From an uncultured Candidatus Saccharibacteria bacterium (GTDB taxonomy: Bacteria > Patescibacteriota > Minisyncoccia > Phycocordibacterales > XYD1-FULL-46-19), in assembly GCA_964570405.1 (NCBI GenBank), contig CAZMXZ010000001.1, positions 1 to 29,556 of the forward strand: 29,556 bases of DNA. The letters run 5' to 3'. How positions within the stretch are numbered: the first letter of the stretch is position 1; each line of letters begins with the position of its first letter. The position numbers were made by a program, and so were the translations under genes. A model generated the notes under the pieces. It searched no databases. It saw only the letters and a list, made by a program, of their open reading frames with translations, and had not been told where the DNA came from. Shown here one piece after another: positions 7,419-14,447 of the stretch.

Positions 7419-7494
7419 TTTCTTTATCCTCCACTAATTGTTGATGAATCTGCCTTATTCCTAACACAGATAAGAAACATTGGTCAATACTCGA

Positions 7495-7531
7495 CTCCGC
7501 GGGCAGCCTGCCTGCCGATAGGCAGGGATTC
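7495..7531 (-). pseudogene. 3' half of an outer tRNA-Asn, interrupted by a 20-bp palindrome
   Basis: Minus strand reads GAATC-[20 nt]-CTGCCCGCGGAG. Removing the 20-mer gives GAAT CCTGC CCGCGGA G, which pairs with the 5' half at 7776-7829. Confidence 0.85.
7507..7526. repeat. 20-bp palindromic miniature repeat CCTGCCTGCCGATAGGCAGG
   Basis: 7-bp perfect arms CCTGCCT/AGGCAGG around 6 nt. It resembles, from memory, a short palindrome family common in CPR genomes. Confidence 0.75.
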
Positions 7532-7562
7532 TTCCCCTACGGGGGCAGGTATGTCCTCTGAG

Positions 7563-7634
7563 CTCCGGCGGCAGGATTCGAACCTGCGACCAATCGCTTA
7601 ACAGGCGACTGCGCTACCACTGCGCCACGCCGGA
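7563..7634 (-). tRNA. tRNA-Asn(GTT), intact inner copy, 72 nt, CCA not encoded
   Basis: TCCGGCG/CGCCGGA acceptor with G73; D stem GCGC; anticodon loop CTGTTAA; T arm GCAGG-TTCGAAT-CCTGC. Confidence 0.96.
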
Positions 7635-7775
7635 GCTCAAGTGACATACAAGGTTATTTAGTTTTCAACGCGGGATTCGATCCTTACAGGATCAGTATAC
7701 CTTTTGGATATTTTACTCGCTTCAACTCAAAAATATCTCAAGAAGGTTTTTCGGCACTCTAGGTATTCGCGCCTC

Positions 7776-7829
7776 AACCTGCGACCAATCGCTTAACAGG
7801 CGACTGCGCTACCACTGCGCCACCGCGGA
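7776..7829 (-). pseudogene. 5' 54 nt of an outer tRNA-Asn(GTT), ending in the T-loop
   Basis: 7776-7823 is identical to 7581-7628 (48 bp). Its acceptor 5' strand is TCCGCGG rather than TCCGGCG. Confidence 0.9.
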
Positions 7830-7853
7830 GCCGGGGCATCTAAAACAACCCAC

Positions 7854-7882
7854 ATCCTAACGCCAATTTTCCCAAAAAGCAA
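7854..7882 (-). promoter_or_regulatory. Probable promoter for the tRNA-Asn locus
   Basis: TTGCTT-17 bp-TAGGAT upstream of the outer tRNA 5' half. Confidence 0.5.
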
Positions 7883-7936
7883 AGCGACAGACATAGTCTG
7901 TTCGTCACAAGCGGCGTTTGAGATATAATATTAGTC

Positions 7937-8359
7937 ATGAAGATATACGACAATTTAAAAAAGCATCAGTTTTATTTCATCTACGCTGTCATAGCAGCCA
8001 TGACATTCGGCATATATCTACATGTTTCGGCGATCGTTTTTGGAAAAGATTTGTTATTACAGCGTTTTTTTACTCCGACTGCCGACATGTTTCTTGCCGT
8101 TCTCATTGCGTGGGGCAGTATTGGTCTTATTGCATATCGAAAGACCGTACATTTGCCTAACATCTTCATAAAAATTGTTTATTATTTTACCACAGTACTT
8201 TTTACCCTGAGCGTGCCTATACACGCATATACTTTTTTCTCGCGAAGCACCGAGTATGTCCGCTTTTTTCCTTTGTGGTATAGCTATGCAGAAGCCCCGG
8301 TCTTCATAATCATACTAATTGTATTTTTGAATATTAAGATATCTTCTCGCAGTGAGTAG
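7937..8359 (+). CDS. Four-TM hypothetical membrane protein
   Basis: 140 aa hydrophobic ORF. A conserved homologous fragment at 4302-4471 supports coding. TATAAT lies 7 nt upstream. Confidence 0.85.
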   Translation: MKIYDNLKKHQFYFIYAVIAAMTFGIYLHVSAIVFGKDLLLQRFFTPTADMFLAVLIAWGSIGLIAYRKTVHLPNIFIKIVYYFTTVLFTLSVPIHAYTFFSRSTEYVRFFPLWYSYAEAPVFIIILIVFLNIKISSRSE

Positions 8360-8389
8360 AGAGTCTGGTTATTTGTCGAGCCAGATTTT

Positions 8390-10975
8390 CTATAACCCCA
8401 CAAGCTGCTGCATTTTGTGGCGGGTCTTGTAGCCGACGTATCCCGATACCGGAGCAATATTGTATTTTGTTTGGAATGTTTTGACGGCTCCTTCGGTGAG
8501 ATTGCCGAAATAGCCGGAGATGATCGCTTCTTGGTAACTGCCTTCGTAGATAAGATACTGCTGCAAGTCTTCCACATCTTCTCCCTGATCACCCTTCTTG
8601 AGGTCGGTATCAAAGACAATCACATCGGCTGGAATATCAAGTTTGGTTTCAGAAAGCGATATGGTGTTTAGCTCCTTCTGCGTTGCGGCATCGACAATTC
8701 CGGTTTGTGGAAGCCGGTGCTTAGTTTGGAAACGCTTGAGTGCTGCCTCAGTGAGCGATCCGAAGTAGCCAGTTATGTATTTTTCAGGATATGAATCTTT
8801 GTCTGCTGCCAGGAGCTCTTGCAAATGTTCGATCTCGATATCCTTGTTGCCTTTTTGCCACGTTTCCACGAAATGAAGGACTGGGGTCGAAGAGGCTAGC
8901 GTGCCACTTTCGTTGAACTTCACTTGTCTTACTCCGGCAACTGGGGCAATTGTAATGTTCACAGCTCTCGACGAACCTCCGCCGGAGCTGCGGGCAAAGA
9001 CTGTGTAGTTGTGAGAAACTCCATTAATTACATTGGTATCAGTAAACGTCTCGCTGTTGCCTTCGTAAATAACCTGACTGTCTCGTTCGACGACCACGTC
9101 TTCGTTCACACCCGGATTTCCGTCATTGATCTCAAAAACTACTTCGTGGTCTGCTCCCGTTACGTCAACAATCGGAGTTTCTGATTCGTCCGTAACTACA
9201 GGTGCAGGGGGTGTTGTGGAAATATTGGAAGAACTGCCGGTGGTAGTAAATGTGTAGTCCTCAGAAAAAGTAACATTTCCGACTTCGTCTGTAGATTTTA
9301 CTCGATAATGATAGGTAGTTCCTGAATTGAGATTGTTCAAAGAAATCGAATGAGAAGTAACGAGTGTTTCAGTATTCGCACTGGAAGATCCATATACGGT
9401 AAGAGGGCCATACTCAACTTGCGACGTTGCTCCTTTATCTGTTGTCCAAGAAATGGCTACCCCCGTGTTTGTCACTGATCCAGAAGAGACAGATGTAATA
9501 TTTGCCGGCGGGACTATGGGGATCGAGTAAGTGAGCGTCGCGAATTCATCATTTGGAGAAACAGTCGCAACTGATGCACCAAGCGGTTTTGATTTCACCC
9601 GGAAGATATAACCGGTATTTGGTGTAAGTCCGGTAATGGTGACTGAGTGAGATGTCGTTAGTGTTGAATCAAGCGGCGTCAGTGATCCAAAGTTTTCACT
9701 GTTGCCATATTCCACTTCTGAATCCGATGGCAAATCGGTATTCCAAGCTATTGTGACTGTCGAAGTCGAAACTGATGCCGCTTCAATTCCAGAGATGAGA
9801 ACTGGGGGAGCTTGCGGAATTGTTTGAGGAGCCTGGGAGGTAATTATCTCGCCAACCGTACCAACGGTTTCCGTCGTAAAAGAGTGCGGGCATGATGTGG
9901 CGGAATTTCCGGCAATGTCGGTAGCGTGGATACAATAGTAATAGGTGGTTCCGGCAGTGAGGCCTGTAAGAATGGCACTATGCGCAAGAAGTGCACTGAG
10001 CGACAGTGTCGCATGAGAGCCATAACTTTGGGTCGTGCCATATTCAAGGGTTGAGACAGCAAGCTCATTGGTGTCCCAGGCAAGCGTAACGTCTGTGATG
10101 CCAAGCGATGCGGTGCCGATTCCAGAGATGATAGGCGGTATAGTATCGGCAGGAGTTTGGACTTGGGCTTGAACGTTAATCGGCGCAGGAGATGAGATCG
10201 ACTCAGTCATAAGTGTCTCATCCGAAGTGATCGTCTCGTTGCCGAGCTCATCGCTCGTGATAATTCGGTAATGATAGAGAGTATTTGGAGTGAGGCCACT
10301 CAGTGCAACAGCGTGAGTTAACGCAAGAGTGGTATTAAGATTTGTCGATTCTCCATAGCCGGCAGTTGTTCCATACTCGATGCGGGCGTTACCGACCTCG
10401 CTTGTGGTGAAATTGATCGTGGCACCCGTCGTTGTGATCGAAGCAACAGTAATAAGGCTTACATCAGGCGGTGTTGTATCAACGATCACTGTTTGCGAAG
10501 CCGTGGTGAATGTATGGTCACATGAATTTGTCACGTTATTGGCAAGATCATGGGTGTGGATGCAGTAATAATATGTTGTACCGGGAATAAGACCGGTCAA
10601 AATTGCTGTGTGAGCTAGGAGTGCTGTCGCGGCGATGGTCGGGTTTGATCCATAGCTCTGTGTGGTTCCATATTCAAAGGTTGAGATGGCCAGTTCGTCT
10701 GTCGTCCAAACTAGTGTCGCATCATGTGTGGCAAGCGAAAGACTTGCCACACCAGAAATCACCGGACCAGTTGTGTCAGCGGGAGAGGTAACTATTTGCA
10801 CCACCGGCTCGGTTACGGCAGGAGGAGCAGGTTCAACATGAGGAGCGGGCGGGGCTGGCGGGGCTGGAGGTGTTTCAACTGGTGGCGGAGTGACTCCACC
10901 AAGCTGGGCGAAGACCGGAAGAGTGTTAAGCAGAAGCAATCCGATAATCACCAGAGAGGAAAAGAACTTTTTCAT
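8390..10975 (-). CDS. Secreted protein with 5 FN3-like repeats, an Ig-like domain and 2 C-terminal peptidoglycan-binding domains
   Basis: Signal peptide ending VFA; Pro-rich linker; five repeats W/F-x-T...EYG...H...L-x2-L-x-(P/A/S)-x-T-x-Y; two C-terminal LQ..L...GYFG-x-LT-x2-A-x3-FQ units. Confidence 0.9.
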   Translation of the reverse strand: MKKFFSSLVIIGLLLLNTLPVFAQLGGVTPPPVETPPAPPAPPAPHVEPAPPAVTEPVVQIVTSPADTTGPVISGVASLSLATHDATLVWTTDELAISTFEYGTTQSYGSNPTIAATALLAHTAILTGLIPGTTYYYCIHTHDLANNVTNSCDHTFTTASQTVIVDTTPPDVSLITVASITTTGATINFTTSEVGNARIEYGTTAGYGESTNLNTTLALTHAVALSGLTPNTLYHYRIITSDELGNETITSDETLMTESISSPAPINVQAQVQTPADTIPPIISGIGTASLGITDVTLAWDTNELAVSTLEYGTTQSYGSHATLSLSALLAHSAILTGLTAGTTYYYCIHATDIAGNSATSCPHSFTTETVGTVGEIITSQAPQTIPQAPPVLISGIEAASVSTSTVTIAWNTDLPSDSEVEYGNSENFGSLTPLDSTLTTSHSVTITGLTPNTGYIFRVKSKPLGASVATVSPNDEFATLTYSIPIVPPANITSVSSGSVTNTGVAISWTTDKGATSQVEYGPLTVYGSSSANTETLVTSHSISLNNLNSGTTYHYRVKSTDEVGNVTFSEDYTFTTTGSSSNISTTPPAPVVTDESETPIVDVTGADHEVVFEINDGNPGVNEDVVVERDSQVIYEGNSETFTDTNVINGVSHNYTVFARSSGGGSSRAVNITIAPVAGVRQVKFNESGTLASSTPVLHFVETWQKGNKDIEIEHLQELLAADKDSYPEKYITGYFGSLTEAALKRFQTKHRLPQTGIVDAATQKELNTISLSETKLDIPADVIVFDTDLKKGDQGEDVEDLQQYLIYEGSYQEAIISGYFGNLTEGAVKTFQTKYNIAPVSGYVGYKTRHKMQQLVGL

Positions 10976-11054
10976 ATGACCTAAGTATACTAGACGATAA
11001 CTTTAATAGATAGCAAGCATGAGCAAGATATCTTTTTTGTTATATAATTGAGGT

Positions 11055-11381
11055 ATGAACATTTCAAGAACAAAATTCGTTGTTCTCTTCCTCATTTCGA
11101 CCTTCACCTTTATGTTTATTTCGAACGCTCTTTTTGGCACAGAGGCCCGAGTTTTTCCCTGGCACGAAAAGTCTTTTTTAGGTACGGATTCACCCATAGC
11201 CTGGAAGAGTGCTGGGTATAAAATTTCATATCCTGTTAAAGTTGTTTTGATCGGACCATTTGACAATTTATTTCACGAAGATCCGCCACCCCCACTTGTT
11301 GCCGCCGTATTTGCTGCCTATTGGTCAGTCCTGGCCCTAGTTATTTATTACCTGCTTAGAAAATTAAGATCGTCTGTTTAA
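11055..11381 (+). CDS. Two-TM hypothetical membrane protein
   Basis: 108 aa with hydrophobic N- and C-terminal helices; TATAAT 6 nt upstream. Confidence 0.7.
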   Translation: MNISRTKFVVLFLISTFTFMFISNALFGTEARVFPWHEKSFLGTDSPIAWKSAGYKISYPVKVVLIGPFDNLFHEDPPPPLVAAVFAAYWSVLALVIYYLLRKLRSSV

Positions 11382-11636
11382 TACAAACTTTTGCGATGGG
11401 CTTAAAGGCTTGTTTGGCCTGTGCCCACATCCAGCCCAACAGCAGGGGCGACGTTTGCCTTGTTTAAGTTCCGAACAAACTCGTTTGATGTGATCTTTTC
11501 TTGTCTCCGGCTTTTTAACCGAGATGATCCAACAGATCCATTCATTACGGGCGAGCGGCGTAATATCTTTCCAGACAGCTAAGGCCGCCTTATCGGCCAT
11601 TAAAGCCTTTCGCAAATCAATCGGCACTTTATGCAT
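11364..11636 (-). CDS. YdeI/OmpD-associated (OmdA) family protein
   Basis: VP-x-DLRKAL, W-x2-ITPLARNEWICWI, KKPETR, GKRRPCCW-x-GC. Confidence 0.88.
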   Translation of the reverse strand: MHKVPIDLRKALMADKAALAVWKDITPLARNEWICWIISVKKPETRKDHIKRVCSELKQGKRRPCCWAGCGHRPNKPLSPSQKFVLNRRS

Positions 11637-11681
11637 CTCAATTATTTTAGCAAATTTCCGGGTTGACTTTAAGCTTTATAA

Positions 11682-11721
11682 TTGACAGTAACTTTTTATG
11701 GTGATAGTAATTTGGCTAGAG
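11682..11721 (+). promoter_or_regulatory. Promoter of the 11744-12183 two-gene unit
   Basis: TTGACA-17 bp-TAGTAA with upstream TG; AAGGAG SD follows. Confidence 0.55.
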
Positions 11722-11743
11722 ATAGAGAAAAGGAGAGAAGTTT

Positions 11744-11965
11744 ATGTGGCGTTTGCGTTACACTCAGCAGGCCTACAAAGGAGCAGTGGCCTTTGCCTGC
11801 CATATTGATTTGCCGCAAGAGATTAAGTTTGAAGAGCGGGAATTGGCGCGGGCCAAGGCCGAGGAACAGCTGACCAAAAAAATTGAGACCAGCCGCTATC
11901 CCGCTGGTTTTAATGACTTGCGACTCTGCTGGGAAGAATCTTTAAGAAAGAAGACGGAGGAATAA
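11744..11965 (+). CDS. Hypothetical protein (73 aa)
   Basis: AAGGAG SD; translationally adjacent to the next ORF. Confidence 0.7.
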   Translation: MWRLRYTQQAYKGAVAFACHIDLPQEIKFEERELARAKAEEQLTKKIETSRYPAGFNDLRLCWEESLRKKTEE

Positions 11966-11967
11966 TC

Positions 11968-12183
11968 ATGGATATTCCAAAGGATAAAAACTATCCGCTG
12001 GATAGCGTCCAGTGTGATCACTGTGGCGGGCATGGTTGCCAAAACTGCAGCAGTCGGGGATGGCTAACACCCCGCGATCATCCACTAGGCCGGAAGTGTA
12101 AGTACGCCAAGTGCGATAAGCCTCTCTCACCCAACCACCTGGCCATCTATTGCTCCAACCAGTGTGCTTACAATGATGCTTGA
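11968..12183 (+). CDS. Small Cys-rich zinc-finger protein (8 Cys)
   Basis: CDHCGGHGCQNCSSRGW (DnaJ-type CxxCxGxG) plus C-x4-C and YCSNQC; GGAGG SD; terminator follows. Confidence 0.8.
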   Translation: MDIPKDKNYPLDSVQCDHCGGHGCQNCSSRGWLTPRDHPLGRKCKYAKCDKPLSPNHLAIYCSNQCAYNDA

Positions 12184-12193
12184 GGCGACGATT

Positions 12194-12224
12194 GAGCTAG
12201 CACCCGTTTTGCTAGCTCTTTTTT
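12194..12224 (+). terminator. Intrinsic terminator
   Basis: GAGCTAGCA-7 nt-TGCTAGCTC perfect stem plus T6. Confidence 0.88.
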
Positions 12225-12239
12225 GTAATAATTAATCTA
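12221..12239 (+). repeat. 19-bp direct repeat, copy 1 (TTTTGTAATAATTAATCTA)
   Basis: Identical to 12924-12942. Confidence 0.92.
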
Positions 12240-12253
12240 ATTGGGCGCCTCTA

Positions 12254-12293
12254 TTGACTTTATGTGGCTGATATGCTATATTTGTAGGCAGAA
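12254..12293 (+). promoter_or_regulatory. Sigma-70 promoter of the 12333 gene
   Basis: TTGACT-17 bp-TATATT with extended TG, then AGGCAGAA. Confidence 0.75.
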
Positions 12294-12332
12294 GTATGGA
12301 GTCAAAATTTTAGGTGGAAGGACTTTAAGACA

Positions 12333-12878
12333 ATGGTCAATTCAACGGTCGAATCAGTCGACCACAAGTATGGTTTTACTCTACTCCTTCAGCATGGCAA
12401 AGGAATGGCGTCGAAGCATCTGGACCACTACACCAAGTATTGCCAGGAACTTCGGGACCACCCATTCGGCCTTGACCTCCCAGTCCCGAATCCTATTTTT
12501 GGTCGGGAGATCCGCTACGTTGGGGCAGGGGCGACCGACATCTCGGTCGACGTTTTCCTGGCCAACATCCGGTTTTGGACCAATTGCCATGAGAACGCTC
12601 TGGTTGAGAAACTGCGGGTGATCAATAGCCCTGATCCACGCCACACGAAGAAGGAGAACCAGCGGGTTTCCTTTGAGGTTTGGATCGGTACGCTCGTGAT
12701 CATCTCGGGCGAGACCAACAACTTCAGCGGCGCCGGCAATGCCGCCAGAAGGCAACTCGAAAACGTTTTTGCGACGCTTTCGATGATCTACGCTGTGCCG
12801 ATCGAGCGTGTCAGTCTTAAGCAGGCAGTTTCGCTTGACCAGCTCCACGGCTGGCCGGCCGTCGGCAGTCGAGTTTAA
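12333..12878 (+). CDS. Hypothetical protein (181 aa)
   Basis: Long ORF with its own promoter, a weak SD-like GGAAGGA and a terminator. Confidence 0.8.
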   Translation: MVNSTVESVDHKYGFTLLLQHGKGMASKHLDHYTKYCQELRDHPFGLDLPVPNPIFGREIRYVGAGATDISVDVFLANIRFWTNCHENALVEKLRVINSPDPRHTKKENQRVSFEVWIGTLVIISGETNNFSGAGNAARRQLENVFATLSMIYAVPIERVSLKQAVSLDQLHGWPAVGSRV

Positions 12879-12883
12879 AGTCG

Positions 12884-12927
12884 AGGGTCAGACAGATCAC
12901 CAGATTCTGTTTGGCCTTTTTTCTTTT
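12884..12927 (+). terminator. Intrinsic terminator of the 12333 gene
   Basis: GTCAGACAGA/TCTGTTTGGC 10-bp stem (with G:U pairs) followed by TTTTTTCTTTT. Confidence 0.8.
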
Positions 12928-12942
12928 GTAATAATTAATCTA
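12924..12942 (+). repeat. 19-bp direct repeat, copy 2
   Basis: Identical to 12221-12239. Confidence 0.92.
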
Positions 12943-13011
12943 GTTAATCGTCTGCTCACTTGGAAAAGATGGTCGGCATTTATAAGATAATTTAAAATTT
13001 ATGGCCTACGT

Positions 13012-13653
13012 ATGCCGCTTAAGGTCACTATTATCTTGGGCACACTCAAGCGCAAGTCCCGACGTCAATTTTCCCACACGGAGATCCTAAGCCAGATCTT
13101 AGCCGACGAGCTAGCTAAACATAATGCCAAGACGGAGATTATTCCACTAGTCGAGTACTCGATCCCACCGGGGACTAAGAGTCATATGGGCCGGGGCGAC
13201 GACTGGCCACGGATTCTCTCTAAGTTGATGGTTAGCGATATCATTATTTTAGCGACTCCAATCTGGTGGGGTGGCCATTCATCCTTGATCCAACGCGCGA
13301 TCGAGCGTCTCGATGAGCTAAATGATAAGATTGTGGAGACTGGTCAGTCAGAATTCTTAAACAAAGTTGGCGGCATCGTTATTACTGGAGCCGAAGATGG
13401 GGCCGAACACATCATTGGTAATCTGGCCAACTTCATGATTTGGAATGGCTTGACCCTGCCACCAGCCTGCTCCCTATCCTACCTGGGAAGTTACAAGGCT
13501 AAAACGGCGGCCGGCTTGAAGCGGGAGTTACTAAAGCACTCATATACTCTCGGGATGGCCCGGACGATGGCGCATAACTTAACCACTATGGCCAGAATAC
13601 TCAAGATCAATCCATTGCCAGCTCAAGAGAAGAATAGCCAGCGTCTAAATTGA
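13012..13653 (+). CDS. Flavodoxin-like NAD(P)H-dependent FMN reductase family protein
   Basis: IILGTLK, SHTEIL, DDWP, SDIIILATPIWWG, KVGGIVITG-x-EDG. Confidence 0.88.
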   Translation: MPLKVTIILGTLKRKSRRQFSHTEILSQILADELAKHNAKTEIIPLVEYSIPPGTKSHMGRGDDWPRILSKLMVSDIIILATPIWWGGHSSLIQRAIERLDELNDKIVETGQSEFLNKVGGIVITGAEDGAEHIIGNLANFMIWNGLTLPPACSLSYLGSYKAKTAAGLKRELLKHSYTLGMARTMAHNLTTMARILKINPLPAQEKNSQRLN

Positions 13654-13692
13654 TTATTAACCTGTTTTTATTAATTATTAATAAGAAAAATT

Positions 13693-14124
13693 ATGAAAAA
13701 AATGGATCCTGTCGTTCACTTCGAGATGGGTTATCAAGATAAGCAGCGGATGATTGATTTTTATACTAAAACATTTGGCTGGAAGGCCCAAATGCTTGGT
13801 CCCGAGATGGGCAATTATGTGGTAGTTCAGACAACCGAGACGGATGATAAAGGAATGGTCCAAAAACCGGGAGCGATTAATGGCGGTCTGTATAAAAAAA
13901 CTGATAGCCCGCTCTCCCATGCCCCTTCCGTCGTCATTGCCGTTGACGATATCCATGAGTCAATGAGGATGGTGGAAGCTGGCGGGGGCAAGATCTTGGG
14001 CTCGATGGATAAGGACGGGAAGCATACCAATGAGCCCCAGATGATACCGGGCGTGGGTCTGTGGATCTCGATTATGGATACGGAGGGCAACCGTGTCTCG
14101 ATGCTCCAACCTAAAGGAATGTAA
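13693..14124 (+). CDS. VOC (glyoxalase/bleomycin resistance) family protein
   Basis: VVHFE, FYTKTFGW, GAINGG, AVDDI, GGKI, IPGVG...DTEGNRVS. Confidence 0.92.
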   Translation: MKKMDPVVHFEMGYQDKQRMIDFYTKTFGWKAQMLGPEMGNYVVVQTTETDDKGMVQKPGAINGGLYKKTDSPLSHAPSVVIAVDDIHESMRMVEAGGGKILGSMDKDGKHTNEPQMIPGVGLWISIMDTEGNRVSMLQPKGM

Positions 14125-14147
14125 TTATTAATTAATTTTATAAATTT

Positions 14148-14447
14148 ATGTATATCGTTAGAGAAATTTTTACGGCCAAACCTGGTCAAGCCGGGAAGTT
14201 GGCTAAATTATTTAAAAAGGGCTGGGCCAATATGCCCAGCGCCCGCGTCCTAACCGACTTGATCGGACCTTACAACACGGTGGTGATGGAGATGGAGATC
14301 AACAGCCTGGCTGACTGGGAAAAAATGATGGCCGACTACAAAGCCGGCAAAATGGGAAAGATGGATCCGGAAGTTGGCAAAGAATTAGCTCACTACCACG
14401 AGATGTATGAGAGTGGTCGGCGCGAGGTCTATCAGATTGTTGACTGA
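14148..14447 (+). CDS. NIPSNAP-like / dimeric alpha-beta barrel hypothetical protein
   Basis: REIFTAKPGQA...RVLTDLIG-x-YNTVV-x-E-x-E...SGRREVY pattern. Confidence 0.6.
   Translation: MYIVREIFTAKPGQAGKLAKLFKKGWANMPSARVLTDLIGPYNTVVMEMEINSLADWEKMMADYKAGKMGKMDPEVGKELAHYHEMYESGRREVYQIVD

Noticed and set aside
3725-7466. Classical integron / attC cassette array
   Set aside because: No paired RYYYAAC...GTTRRRY cores around the hairpins, cassettes carry their own promoters, and no intI is present.
7359-7601. 80-aa plus-strand ORF
   Set aside because: Antisense to tRNA-Asn and the zinc-ribbon gene; its end is the typical antisense-tRNA translation.
7532-7775. Insert as a group I or archaeal BHB intron
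   Set aside because: No recognisable P7/catalytic core or bulge-helix-bulge by eye, and exact joining does not restore C56. Kept only as an alternative hypothesis.
7767-7775. GAGGCGCGA at the insert's left end matching tRNA-Ala (about 3399-3407)
   Set aside because: Only 9 bp, with no further similarity; expected by chance.
7581-7823. 48-bp direct repeat as a CRISPR array
   Set aside because: Only two copies, both tRNA-Asn sequence; no cas genes in the window.
12381-12848. 155-aa minus-strand ORF
   Set aside because: Shadow of the plus-strand gene, which has the promoter and terminator.
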